64,000 nucleotides of DNA. It comes from an uncultured delta proteobacterium (GTDB lineage: Bacteria; Desulfobacterota; Desulfomonilia; UBA1062). Within the stretch, counting starts at the first letter, position 1. Every line of letters begins with the position of its first letter. A program made the translations under genes and the position numbers. The stretch covers positions 128,001 to 192,000 of the forward strand of contig CAVVYZ010000020.1 of the NCBI GenBank assembly GCA_963752595.1. Direction: 5' to 3'. The notes beneath the pieces were generated by a model. It saw only the letters and a program-made list of their open reading frames with translations. It was not told the origin of the DNA and ran no database searches. Shown piece after piece: positions 8,024-18,777 of this stretch.

Positions 8024-9674
8024 TTAAGGCACTACGTGGTACTTCTGCTGGTCCTTGGGCACGTACCACTTCTCGAGGTTGTACGTGATGCCGGCAGGGG
8101 CGGTCTTGATGCCCTGGATACGGGAGCTCACCGCGGGCAGGCTGTACGGCACGTAGAGGAACACGTACGGCTGCTCGTCGGCCAGGATCTCCTGGATGCG
8201 GAAGTAGGCTTTCTTGCGTTCTTCGTCGTTGAAGGTCTGCCTGCCGTCCACGAGGAGCTTGTCTACCTCGGCGTTTTTATATCCTACGAAATTGAGACCG
8301 CCCGGGCACCGCATTGCTCGAATGCCACACGTTGAAGATGTCCGGGTCCTGGAGGATGTTCCAGCCGAGGATCACGGCATCGAAGTTGAACTTGTCCACG
8401 TACTCCTTGAGAAACACGGTCCACTCCATGATGCGGATCTTTACCGGGATGCCCACGGCCTTGAGCCGCTCCTGGATGATCTGGGCCGTCTTTTCGCGCA
8501 GCGGGTTGCCCTGGTTCGTGATGATGGTGAACGAAAGCGGTTTGCCGTCCTTTTCCACGATGCCGTCTTTGTTGCGGTCTTCGTACCCCGCTTCCTTGAG
8601 CAGGGCACGGGCCTTTACCGGGTTGTAAGTATAGCGCCTGACCTGTGTGTCGTACCACTTGGTTCCCGGCTTGTACGGGCCGATGGCCTCATCGCCCAGG
8701 CCCATGAGTACGCCCTTGATGATCTCCTGCTTGTCGATGGCATAGGCGAATGCCTGCCTCACGCGGATGTCGTTGAAGGGCGGCTTGGTGAGATTGAAGC
8801 CCAGGAAGGTGTAGCCGTCGGCGAGGTACTTGTACTTGGTGTACTTCCGGTTGAAGTCAGGGGTGCTGGTCTGCCTGAGGTACTGCAGCGGGGTGAGTCC
8901 CATAAAGTCGATATTGCCTGCTTTCAGCTCCATGAACTCGGTGTTCTGGTCCGGGATGACGCGGTAGAGGATGCCCATGAGCGGGGACCGGCTGTCGAAG
9001 TAGCGATCAAAGGACTGGAGCACGATCCTGTTTCCGGTCTCCCAGGTCTTGAACTTGAAGGGGCCGGTGCCCACCGGTTTCCGCGAGAGCTGGGACTTGG
9101 AGATGTCCTTGCCCTTGAGCAGGTGCTCGGGCAGCATCTGCAACGCACCCCAGCTGATGAGCGCAGGGGCCAGGGGCTTGTCGTAGGTGAACTCGATCGT
9201 GTAGTCGTCGATGATCCTGGCTTCCTTGACAAGCTTGTACTTGTCCGCATAGGCGGTGGGCGTCTTGGGGTCGATGATGAGCTTGTAGGTGAACATGACG
9301 TCGTTCGCAGTGAATTTCTCGCCGTCATGCCAGAACACATTATTGCGCAGGTGGAAGCGGATAAGCTTGCCGTCGTTCTCGATATCCCAAGAACTGGCCA
9401 GGTCGGGCACGATGTTGTAGTCCTTGTCGTACTTCACGAGCCCGTTGTAGATGAAGCCCGCCACCTCGTGGGACGATGCGTCGGTTGCGAGCATGGGGAT
9501 GAGGTTCGAGGCATCGCCTATGGACGACTGCACCAGGATGTCGCCGGGAACGGGGTTTTCATCCACGGCAGCGTTTTTGGCCGGGATCTGCTCCTTGTTA
9601 TTCTCTTTCGAGCATGCTACTATGCTCAATACAACGAATACCAACGCAATAATGACATATGTGCTTTTTTTCAT
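8024..9674 (-). CDS. Peptide ABC substrate-binding lipoprotein (family 5), frameshift near 8310
   Basis: Lipobox IVAC; PDLASSW, WHDGEKFTA and PVGTGPF motifs. Confidence 0.9.
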
Positions 9675-9763
9675 AATGCGGTGAACGATAGCAGAACAGA
9701 GAGTGAAGGACAAGGTGACAGTTGCCTCCGCGTTGAAAATATCCAAGATGAGAATCTAAGCGC

Positions 9764-12700
9764 ATGAAATTCTTTGCAGACCTCCACATCCATTCCCGGT
9801 TTTCCCGGGCGACGAGCAAGAGCCTCACGATAAGCGCCCTGGCAAGGGGAGCTTTGAAGAAAGGCATCACCGTGCTCGGCACGGGCGACCTTACCCACCC
9901 GGCCTGGATCGAGGAGATCGAGGCAGAGCTTGCCGAAGCCGAGCCCGGGCTCTTCAAGCTCAGAAGCGGGGCGGAGCCCGTGCGGTTCGTGCTCACGGGC
10001 GAGATCAGCACCATCTACAAGCAGGGGGACAAGGTGCGCAAGGTCCACCACCTCATAGCAGCGCCCGATCTCGCAACTGCCCGGAAGATCTCCACGTCCC
10101 TTGCACGCGTGGGCAACATCCTTTCGGACGGCAGGCCCATCCTCGGGATCACCTCGCGCAACCTGCTGGAGATCGTGCTCGATGCAAGCGAGAAAGCCAT
10201 GCTCATCCCGGCGCATATCTGGACGCCGTGGTTCTCGGTCCTGGGCTCCAAGTCCGGGTTCGACACCATCGAAGAGTGCTACGGCGACCTCGCGAAGCAT
10301 ATCTTTGCCGCAGAGACAGGCCTGTCATCGGACCCGCCCATGAACTGGATGGTCGGCAGCCTCGACAAGTATCATCTGATCTCGAACTCCGATGCCCATT
10401 CCGCGGAAAAGCTCGGCAGGGAGGCCACGATCTTCGATTGCGGGCTCGACTACTTTGCCATGCGCCATGCCCTGGAAAGCGGCGACGGGCTGAACGGCAC
10501 TATCGAGTTCTTCCCAGAAGAGGGCAAGTATCACCAAGACGGCCACCGCGACTGCAACGTCATCCTGACCCCGGAAGAGACCAGGGAGCTTGGCGGCATC
10601 TGCCCGGTATGCGGGAAAAAGCTTACGGTGGGGGTCTTGAGCCGGGTGGAAGAGCTTGCCGATCGTCACGACGGCTCACGGCCGCAGAGCGCACGCCCCT
10701 TCCACTCGCTTATCCCGCTTGTGGAGATCCTGGGCGAGATCATGCAGACAGGCAGCACTTCCAAGAAGGTGGGCGAGGCATATGAGAGCCTGATCGCAAA
10801 GCTCGGGGGCGAGCTGCCCCTGCTCCTGGATGTCGATGCGGACGAGATCCGCGCCGTAGCGGGCGAGACCCTGGCGCTTGCGATCACCCGCATGCGGCAG
10901 GGCCGGGTCCACAAGGAAGCGGGCTACGACGGCGTATTCGGCCGCATACGGGTATTCCGCGACAACGAAGAGGACATGCTCTTCAGCGGCGACCTTTTCG
11001 GAAAGCCCCTTGGCCGGGTAAAAAAAAAGCAAAAAGCCGAACTTGAGCAGGAGAAAGAAGCACTCCTGCCTCAGATCAGACTGAACCAAGCCCAGGAGGA
11101 AGTCATTTCCTTTGACGAAGGCGTCCTCGTGGTCAGGGCAGGGCCCGGGACCGGCAAGACCAGGGCTCTTGTGGAGCGCATCGGGTCGCTTCTGGAGAAG
11201 GGCCGGACATCCATCCTCGCGATCACCTTCACCACCAGGGCCGCCGAAGAGATCAGAGAGCGGCTGGGACGGGAGGATATCGACGTATACACCTTCCATG
11301 CCCTGGCAGCCGGGATACTGCGTGAGAACGGAGCCGAATTCCGCATAGCGGATGAAGATGCTATTGCCGGGCTGGCCTCCGGATGGGGCTTCGACTTTCC
11401 AGGCTCATCGATTGACGGCATGCTCCTCAGGCTGAGCACGAACAAGCCCCTTGAGCAGAGCGAAATGCACCTGCTGGGCACGCTGCGGGATCATGGATAT
11501 CTCACTTATGAGGGCATGATCGGTGAAGCGGCACACCTCATCGAACAGGGTGGATACACCCCGGCGTGGGACCACATCATGGTCGATGAGTTCCAGGACA
11601 TCAATCCCCTTCAGTACGGATTCCTCAAGCTTTTAAGCATGCGAGCAGGAAGCCTGATGGTCATCGGAGATCCGAGCCAGGCCATTTACGGCTTCCGGGG
11701 CAGCTCCCCTGCAAGCTTCGAAGACTTTCTTGCCGGTCATGCTCCTGCACGGTCCGTAGCCCTGACGCAGACATACCGGTTCGGCAGTCACATCGCAAAG
11801 GCATCCAATGCATTCATCGGGCATGAGGCGGTGGAGAGCTTCTGCAAGGGACTCCCCGTACGGCTCGTGCACACCGGGGATAGTGCGGGGTTCATCGCGA
11901 CCGAGATCGAATCGCTTGCAGGAGGCTTGAGCCACAGGGCAGTCGGCAAGGCAAAGGCCGATTATGCGTTGAGCGACATTGCCGTCATCGTGCGGAGCAG
12001 GCAGCAGGCCGGACCGGTGATGGAAGCTTTGACCAGGGCCTCCATCCCCTTTGATACTGCGTATGCAAAGGCGCTGGCAGCAATGAACGGCGTGTCCCAG
12101 CGTGCAGCCCTTCTGGAGAGGCAGGACTGGCAGATCCTGGTCAAGGGGGTAGGGGAGCGGTCGAAGGAGAAGCTCGAACACGGGGCACTTGCCGACCCTG
12201 TGCTCTCGGGCAGGATCGACAGGGCAGGCGCCCTGCTGGCAGGGCTCGATGGGCCGGTAGCGGAGCGCATTGCGGCCCTGGAGGAATCCGGCCTGTTCAA
12301 GCTGCCCGAGCTTCCGAAAGACCATGCCTTTTACCGTTATGCACGCATGTTCGGCGAAGATGCCGACGGGTTCATCGGCTTCCTGCGGCTCAGCAACGAC
12401 CAGGGGGCGCTCACCGGGGAAAAGGTGCGCATCCTGACTGCCCATGCCGCGAAAGGCCTGGAGTTCAAGTGCGTCTTCATCGCAGGCCTGTCCGAGGGGG
12501 CCTTCCCCATGGCAGGGCAGGATCTCACCGAGGAGAGGAACCTTTTCTACGTTGCCATGACCAGGGCAGAAGAACTCCTCTACCTCGTCTGTCCGCCGGC
12601 CTCGCCTTCTTCCTTTATTGCAGAGGTGCCGCAGGAGTGCTGCTCGCTCATCGAAAAGAAGAAAAAGGCACGGTCCGGGCAGATGCTCCTGTTTGAATAA
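9764..12700 (+). CDS. EndoQ/PHP-domain nuclease fused to a UvrD/Rep-like SF1 helicase
   Basis: DLHIHSRFS, PAHIWTPW, SNSDAHS and CPVC in the N-terminal part; AGPGTGKT, DEFQD, TAHAAKGLEF and YVAMTRA in the C-terminal part. Confidence 0.9.
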   Translation: MKFFADLHIHSRFSRATSKSLTISALARGALKKGITVLGTGDLTHPAWIEEIEAELAEAEPGLFKLRSGAEPVRFVLTGEISTIYKQGDKVRKVHHLIAAPDLATARKISTSLARVGNILSDGRPILGITSRNLLEIVLDASEKAMLIPAHIWTPWFSVLGSKSGFDTIEECYGDLAKHIFAAETGLSSDPPMNWMVGSLDKYHLISNSDAHSAEKLGREATIFDCGLDYFAMRHALESGDGLNGTIEFFPEEGKYHQDGHRDCNVILTPEETRELGGICPVCGKKLTVGVLSRVEELADRHDGSRPQSARPFHSLIPLVEILGEIMQTGSTSKKVGEAYESLIAKLGGELPLLLDVDADEIRAVAGETLALAITRMRQGRVHKEAGYDGVFGRIRVFRDNEEDMLFSGDLFGKPLGRVKKKQKAELEQEKEALLPQIRLNQAQEEVISFDEGVLVVRAGPGTGKTRALVERIGSLLEKGRTSILAITFTTRAAEEIRERLGREDIDVYTFHALAAGILRENGAEFRIADEDAIAGLASGWGFDFPGSSIDGMLLRLSTNKPLEQSEMHLLGTLRDHGYLTYEGMIGEAAHLIEQGGYTPAWDHIMVDEFQDINPLQYGFLKLLSMRAGSLMVIGDPSQAIYGFRGSSPASFEDFLAGHAPARSVALTQTYRFGSHIAKASNAFIGHEAVESFCKGLPVRLVHTGDSAGFIATEIESLAGGLSHRAVGKAKADYALSDIAVIVRSRQQAGPVMEALTRASIPFDTAYAKALAAMNGVSQRAALLERQDWQILVKGVGERSKEKLEHGALADPVLSGRIDRAGALLAGLDGPVAERIAALEESGLFKLPELPKDHAFYRYARMFGEDADGFIGFLRLSNDQGALTGEKVRILTAHAAKGLEFKCVFIAGLSEGAFPMAGQDLTEERNLFYVAMTRAEELLYLVCPPASPSSFIAEVPQECCSLIEKKKKARSGQMLLFE

Positions 12701-12833
12701 TAAATAAGGATATGGGGCTTGCGCCTGCAGCCTGTTTGACATTGATCTGGATATTTTCTTGCGTCCATAGTAATGTTCATATGTTGAATCCCTTGAACAG
12801 TGCAGAGGAGGAAAACGGAGGAACAGTGGTTCG

Positions 12834-14093
12834 ATGAGTTTCGGTACCAGAGAAATCGTCTATGCGGTTATTCTTTTCATAACCATCCTGCTTTCAGCAT
12901 TCTTCGCGGCAGGCGAGATAGCATTCATGCGCGCCAACCGGTTCAGGATCCGGCACCTCGTTGAGAAAGGCGACAAGGAAGCGATGCGTGTCGAATCGAT
13001 CCTCAAGGACCCCGACCGCCTTATCAGTTCGATCCTTCTCGGGAATAACTTTGTCAATATCCTCGGCTCCGGCCTTGCCACTGCGCTCTTCATGGTGTTT
13101 TTCGGTGAAGAAGGAATCCTGTACGCGTCATTGGCCATGACCGTGATCCTGCTTATTTTCGCTGAAATTGCCCCGAAGACCATTGCGGCATACCGGGCGG
13201 ATGAGCTGTCCATGATATTTTCCACGCCGGTAAATCTTGTGATCAAGTTGCTCGGACCGGTCGCCCATGTTATGGCCCTTGTCTCCCGTGGGCTCTTATC
13301 GCTCTTCCGCTTCAAGCCGGGAGAGCTCAACAAGCTTACGGAAGAAGACGTGGAATCGGTCATCACCATGGGCCACAAGGAAGGGTTCATCCAGGAGCCC
13401 AAGGCAAAGATGCTCGTCGCCATCATGGACATGGACACGGTGCCGGTGAAGAAGATCATGATTCCGCTTACCGATATGGAGTTCGTCCCTTTGGACAGCT
13501 CGTTCGAGGATGTCGTGAAGGTCATTGCCACGAGAAACCACAGCCGGTATCCGGTCTACGAAGAAGACAGGGACAACATCGTGGGATATCTCCACATCAG
13601 GGACGTCTGGCGCTTTCTTGATGACCGGCAGCATTTCCGTGTCAGGGACTGCATGCGTGAGGCATTCTTCATCCCGGAGACAAAGCCCATCCTCAAACAG
13701 CTCATCGATTTCCAGAAGAAGCGACTGCATATAGCGTTCATCGTCGATGAATATGGGACCGTAAAGGGGGGTATCACCCTGGAGGACATCATCGAAGAGA
13801 TCACCGGGGATATCATCGACGAGCACGATACTGTCCTCGCCCATGTCATCCCGCTGGGAGACAGGAGCTACGTCGTCACCGGCAACATCGGCCTGAGAGA
13901 CCTGGGAAGGTATATCGGCCGGGAATTCCCCGAGGAATACGACACCCTCTCAGGGCTTATCTACGAGCTGTTCGACCGCATCCCGGAAGAGGGTGACAAG
14001 ATATCCTGGCAGGACATGCAGTTCAGGGTGGAGCGCATGAGGGGCAACAGCGTATTGCGCGTCCGGATCACGCTCAAAGAAGAAGAGCAATAA
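12834..14093 (+). CDS. CNNM/CorC (hemolysin-family) CBS-domain membrane protein
   Basis: SAFFAAGE, ILLGNN, HSRYPVY and VDEYG...TLEDIIEEI motifs. Confidence 0.92.
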   Translation: MSFGTREIVYAVILFITILLSAFFAAGEIAFMRANRFRIRHLVEKGDKEAMRVESILKDPDRLISSILLGNNFVNILGSGLATALFMVFFGEEGILYASLAMTVILLIFAEIAPKTIAAYRADELSMIFSTPVNLVIKLLGPVAHVMALVSRGLLSLFRFKPGELNKLTEEDVESVITMGHKEGFIQEPKAKMLVAIMDMDTVPVKKIMIPLTDMEFVPLDSSFEDVVKVIATRNHSRYPVYEEDRDNIVGYLHIRDVWRFLDDRQHFRVRDCMREAFFIPETKPILKQLIDFQKKRLHIAFIVDEYGTVKGGITLEDIIEEITGDIIDEHDTVLAHVIPLGDRSYVVTGNIGLRDLGRYIGREFPEEYDTLSGLIYELFDRIPEEGDKISWQDMQFRVERMRGNSVLRVRITLKEEEQ

Positions 14094-14342
14094 AAAATAT
14101 TCAGCAGTTGGAAGTACATCCGATAGCCGGATGGGAAAAAGTAAAAAAATGCTGGTAGTTCCCACTGGAGAAGCTGGAAAAGGTTGTTATTATCAACTTT
14201 GAGAACAATGCTTTTATTCAGCAGGAAACGATTGGTTCAGCCTGATATTCATCACATATAATTCCTTGTGAATCTTATCTTTGGATCATAGGTGGAGTGA
14301 AAAAAATACCAATCCTTTTATTTTACTGTGGAGGTATATACT

Positions 14343-15062
14343 ATGTTAAGTGCAGCGAGAATTTATTGGTTGATTTTGCTGCTTCTGTTCTTTTCGGGAG
14401 CTCCGGCCTATGCCCTGACCATAGAGAGCGCTTCGGGCATGTGGCTTAATCCCGCAACCGATGGGGTTTCCAGCTGCGTGGGGTATGCTTCGGCTCCTGT
14501 TGCATACGGCTCGGGAACGGAGAATCGGGTTCTTTGGGGCAGCTCGGCCGGTTCATATCATAGTGCTCTCGGCTTTACCGGAACAGCCGGACAATCGTTT
14601 GATGCGGGAGAAGCCTTCGAAATAGGCCGGTTGCAACATATCAATTTCCCCACGTACATTGGGAGCGGGATCAGCGGGGTCGATTTGCTGCTGACTCTGG
14701 CGTTCGCTAACCCGGTCGGGCTTGCGGGAGATTACGATTTCCGTTTTACCATATATAATACCCCGAATGCCGCAACCGGGAACCCTTTTGATGATTACAT
14801 TTACTTCCCTGCCTTTTTTGCTCGGCAAACGTACAATATCAGCGGCATCGCGTACACCCTGGAGCTTCTCGGATTCGGGCCGGATTCGTTGAATCCCGTC
14901 ACTCAGCTAAAGACGCCTGAAAACGGCTCGAGCAGTACGAAGTTGTGGGGAAGGATTACCGAGATTCCTAATGGCAGCACCGTACCGGAGCCCGCAACGA
15001 TGCTTCTGCTGGGGTCGGGGCTTTTAGGGCTCGCGATGGCAGGGAGAAGATGGGGAAAATAG
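14343..15062 (+). CDS. PEP-CTERM sorting-signal surface protein
   Basis: Signal peptide; C-terminal VPEPATMLLLGSGLLGLAMAGRRWGK. Confidence 0.9.
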   Translation: MLSAARIYWLILLLLFFSGAPAYALTIESASGMWLNPATDGVSSCVGYASAPVAYGSGTENRVLWGSSAGSYHSALGFTGTAGQSFDAGEAFEIGRLQHINFPTYIGSGISGVDLLLTLAFANPVGLAGDYDFRFTIYNTPNAATGNPFDDYIYFPAFFARQTYNISGIAYTLELLGFGPDSLNPVTQLKTPENGSSSTKLWGRITEIPNGSTVPEPATMLLLGSGLLGLAMAGRRWGK

Positions 15063-15077
15063 ATCTTGGGGAAGAAG

Positions 15078-15758
15078 CTATATCTTAACCGGGTGCTTCT
15101 TTTCCAGTGCCAGTGTTGCATCCGAAGAACGGACATAAAGAGGCAGCGCAGGCTGCAAGGTCCCCAGGGACAGATCTGAAAGCGCCATACGGCCGATCAC
15201 CGATGCCCTGGGGTACCAGAGATGGACCGGCCCTTCGATATAGTTTTTCCCGAGAATGCGGGAGAGCGTTTCACGGTAGAGGGGGATGCCGTTCCCGATA
15301 AAGAGGGTTTCGGTATCGATAATTTCACTCAATTCTTCCGGCTTGACGTTCACGGGGGAGGTAAGGGGCGCGCCAACAGGAGAGAAGAGCCGGCAGAAGA
15401 CCTCGGATTTCCTCGCATCGATAACCGGCATGACGGGAATGGACGAAGGCAGAGCGCCCTGTGCCAGTGCATCGAGGGTGTTCACCCCTGCAAGGCGGCA
15501 GTTCAAAGCAAGACAAAGGCCTTTTGCAGTGGCAATTCCGATCCTGATCCCGGTAAACGACCCCGGGCCTATCCCTACGGCAATCAGATCGATATCTTCC
15601 TTGGAATACGGGCTTAAACGGAAAAGCGTATCGATTACGGGAAGCAGGCTTCCCGCATGGCCGGTCCTTACCGGGATGGTGATCTCATAGCTGGGGCCTT
15701 TCTCGCCTATGAGCGCAACCGAACAGGCATCCGTGGAGGTGTCGAGCGCGAGGATCAC
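15078..15758 (-). CDS. tsaB: t6A biosynthesis protein TsaB
   Basis: ILALDTS, GPGSFTGIRIG and IDARKSEV motifs. Confidence 0.93.
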   Translation of the reverse strand: MILALDTSTDACSVALIGEKGPSYEITIPVRTGHAGSLLPVIDTLFRLSPYSKEDIDLIAVGIGPGSFTGIRIGIATAKGLCLALNCRLAGVNTLDALAQGALPSSIPVMPVIDARKSEVFCRLFSPVGAPLTSPVNVKPEELSEIIDTETLFIGNGIPLYRETLSRILGKNYIEGPVHLWYPRASVIGRMALSDLSLGTLQPALPLYVRSSDATLALEKKHPVKI

Positions 15759-15763
15759 GGATG

Positions 15764-16843
15764 CTATCCTCCCTGGAACAGTCTTGAAACATCGTTATAC
15801 AGGGCGAGCATCATCAGGAGGATGAGAAGGAACAGCCCGATCTGCTGGGCGATCTCCCGCGGCCTGTCCCGTAAAGGCCTGCCGAGGGCGGCCTCGATCC
15901 CGAAGAGCATGATGTGCCCGCCGTCGAGTACGGGGATGGGGAGCAGGTTGATGAGAAAGAGATTGATGCTGATGAATGCGATCATGGAAAAGAACGGCAT
16001 CACGCCCGCCCGGAAGGTTTCGCCCGAGACCTGGGCAATGAGGATGGGTCCTCCGAGGCTCTTTTTGACATCGACCGAGCCGTTGATCATCTTCCAGACC
16101 CCGATGCCGGTGAGCTTGATGACCTGCCAGCTCTGGGTGAACCCGTAACCGAAGCCCCCGATCAGACCCATCTTTTCCTCTACAATCTTATCCGTGCGGG
16201 TAATGCCGATCACGGCCCGGTTGATCTCTTCTCCGAAAATGTTGGTCCCCTTGGTCATGATCGGGCTTACATGTGCCGTGAACTGGGTGCTGTCCCGCTC
16301 GATGATGATTTCGAAACGGTCCTTCGGGGTTGCGCCCTCCATGAGGAGGGGGATCTCATCCCAGGATTTCACCGGTTTGCCCTGGATGGAGACGATGGTG
16401 TCTGCGGCCTTCAAGCCGGACTTGTCTGCAGGAGAGTCCTTGAGCACGCTTCCTATGATCGGGGGAAACGTCGGGATTCCTGTCCAGGCAATGAGCATAT
16501 AGATGAGGATCGCCAGCAGGAGGTTGAATACCGGGCCTGCGACAACGATCGCCGAACGGGCGCGCAGGCTCTTCTTTGAAAAGGACCGGCGCGGGTCCAT
16601 GGGAGAAAGCCTGCTCTCCTCATCGGATGGATCTTCGCCGAGCATTTTCACGTATCCGCCCAGGGGTACAACGGCGAGCCGGTATTCCGTCTCACCGATG
16701 CGCTTTTTTATGAGAGCCGGGCCGAAGCCCAGAGAGAATTTCAGCACCCCTACGCCGTTTAATTTTGCCAGGATAAAATGTCCGAGCTCATGGATGAATA
16801 TCAGGATTCCCAGTACGATGATAAAAGCGAAAATGGTTGTCAT
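15764..16843 (-). CDS. rseP: RIP metalloprotease RseP
   Basis: HELGH, a PDZ domain and NLLPIPVLDGG. Confidence 0.95.
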   Translation of the reverse strand: MTTIFAFIIVLGILIFIHELGHFILAKLNGVGVLKFSLGFGPALIKKRIGETEYRLAVVPLGGYVKMLGEDPSDEESRLSPMDPRRSFSKKSLRARSAIVVAGPVFNLLLAILIYMLIAWTGIPTFPPIIGSVLKDSPADKSGLKAADTIVSIQGKPVKSWDEIPLLMEGATPKDRFEIIIERDSTQFTAHVSPIMTKGTNIFGEEINRAVIGITRTDKIVEEKMGLIGGFGYGFTQSWQVIKLTGIGVWKMINGSVDVKKSLGGPILIAQVSGETFRAGVMPFFSMIAFISINLFLINLLPIPVLDGGHIMLFGIEAALGRPLRDRPREIAQQIGLFLLILLMMLALYNDVSRLFQGG

Positions 16844-17967
16844 GATAATAAATTCTCCGCGATGAATCTTGATTTTGTATCGAGTTCTATCAAATCAGCC
16901 GGTGACTCTACCTTTGAACCGGCAAGTTTGTCCATAGTTTTCGATGCGATGTCGATTATCTGATCGAATCTGATGCGGCCTTTCAGGAAACCTTCGACGG
17001 CAGTCTCATCCGCGGCGTTCATGATGCACGGCAGTACCTTGGGATCTTCCATGGCAGACCGGGCAAGCTTGAGTGCGGGGAATTTCTCCTCATCAGGTTT
17101 GAAGAACTCGAGTTTTACCATATCTTTCATTATCAACGGCTTCAGACCGAGGCTCATTCTCCGCGGCCAGGAAAGCGCATAGGCAATGGGGATGCGCATA
17201 TCGGGAATCCCCATCTGTGCCTTGATGCTCATGTCCCGGAACTCAACCATGGAATGAATGATGCTCTGGGGATGGACCACGACCTCGATCAGGGGCAAGG
17301 CCACGCCGAAGAGCCAGTGGGCCTCAATGATTTCGAGTCCTTTGTTCATCATGGTTGCCGAATCGATGGTGATTCTAGATCCCATGGACCAGGTGGGATG
17401 GTTCAAAGCCTCCCCAGGCGTGATATCGGCAAAGGTCTCTTTCGGCCTCGTGCGGAAAGGGCCTCCCGAGGCAGTGAGGATGATGCGGCTGATCTCTTTG
17501 CTGTCTTCGCCTGCAAGGCACTGGAAAACCGCCGAGTGCTCCGAATCGACCGGGATGATCCGGGCACCGGAGGCGGCAGCCTCTTCGCTCATGAACGCCC
17601 CGCCGATCACCAGGGATTCCTTGTTGGCCAGCGCCAGGACGGAACCCTGACGGATCGCTTCCAGCGAGGGAAGAAATCCGGCGGCGCCCGAGATCCCGTT
17701 CACCACGAAATCGGGCCTGGCCGCTGTGATGAGTTCCGAGGCCGCGTTCTTTCCCCACAGGACATCACTGCCTTTGAGATCTAAGGGAGGTTCGCAGCCC
17801 AGGGCGAGGAGCTTCACGCCGAATTCCGCCGCCTGATCTTTAAGCTCTTTTGCATTCGTGCCCGCAGATAATCCGACGACAGCGAATTCCCCGGGGTTCC
17901 GTGCGAGGACATCAAGGGTAGAGCGGCCGATGGAGCCTGTTGATCCGAGAACAACGACCGTCTTCAT
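16840..17967 (-). CDS. dxr: 1-deoxy-D-xylulose 5-phosphate reductoisomerase
   Basis: LGSTGSIG, LANKES, PVDSEHSA and NKGLE motifs. Confidence 0.97.
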   Translation of the reverse strand: MKTVVVLGSTGSIGRSTLDVLARNPGEFAVVGLSAGTNAKELKDQAAEFGVKLLALGCEPPLDLKGSDVLWGKNAASELITAARPDFVVNGISGAAGFLPSLEAIRQGSVLALANKESLVIGGAFMSEEAAASGARIIPVDSEHSAVFQCLAGEDSKEISRIILTASGGPFRTRPKETFADITPGEALNHPTWSMGSRITIDSATMMNKGLEIIEAHWLFGVALPLIEVVVHPQSIIHSMVEFRDMSIKAQMGIPDMRIPIAYALSWPRRMSLGLKPLIMKDMVKLEFFKPDEEKFPALKLARSAMEDPKVLPCIMNAADETAVEGFLKGRIRFDQIIDIASKTMDKLAGSKVESPADLIELDTKSRFIAENLLS

Positions 17968-18777
17968 TTACCGGATTACCTGGATGGCGAAATAGAGGAA
18001 GATACCCACCGGGATGATTCCGTCCATGCGGTCGAGCATGCCGCCATGGCCCGGGATCAGATTTCCCATGTCCTTGACCTGGAACTGTCTCTTGTATAGC
18101 GATGCGCTCAAGTCACCCGAGAGGTCCAGCAGGCTGATGGCTCCGGCCATGATCGGGACGGCCCACAGCGGGCAGGGCAGTTCGAGGGGCAGGAAACGGT
18201 TGTAGAGAATATAGAACAGGCTTCCCGCTAGGATGCTCGTTGCCATGCCTCCGAAGAGGCCTTCGACGGTTTTCTTGGGGCTTAAATTCGGCACGAGGGC
18301 ATGCCTGCCGAAATTCTTCCCGGTATAATATGCGCCGGTATCCGCCCCGAAGGTGCATATGAGCCCGAAAATCATCCAGAACCTGCCGTCGATGTCGTTC
18401 CGCAGCAGGACCCAGAAGCTCAAAAGGGCCAGGGGATAGATGAGCCCGGAAATGGCGAGATTGATGTCCATGGCCGAGGCCTTTCCCTTCTCGAAAAGGA
18501 AGAGCCCCGCTGCCATCATGATGAGGCTCAATCCGCAGATCAGGAAGAACGAGAGGGCGAGATTATTCATATATATAGTATAGAGGTATGGCAATGAGCC
18601 GACCATGCCTATCCGGCTCAAGAGTTTCGCGTTTTCCCCGAGCCCGACGCGATACAGCTCGTAGAGGCAGGTCGGAAGGACGATGAGTGCAATGATGAAT
18701 AAAGCTGATGGCGGCCCTAAAACTGCAGGTACGGCAAAGATGATGAGAAGGATAGCGGCGCCGAAGATACGCATCAT
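17968..18777 (-). CDS. cdsA: Phosphatidate cytidylyltransferase
   Basis: SPKKTVEG and KDMGNLIPGHGGMLDRMD motifs. Confidence 0.95.
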   Translation of the reverse strand: MMRIFGAAILLIIFAVPAVLGPPSALFIIALIVLPTCLYELYRVGLGENAKLLSRIGMVGSLPYLYTIYMNNLALSFFLICGLSLIMMAAGLFLFEKGKASAMDINLAISGLIYPLALLSFWVLLRNDIDGRFWMIFGLICTFGADTGAYYTGKNFGRHALVPNLSPKKTVEGLFGGMATSILAGSLFYILYNRFLPLELPCPLWAVPIMAGAISLLDLSGDLSASLYKRQFQVKDMGNLIPGHGGMLDRMDGIIPVGIFLYFAIQVIR

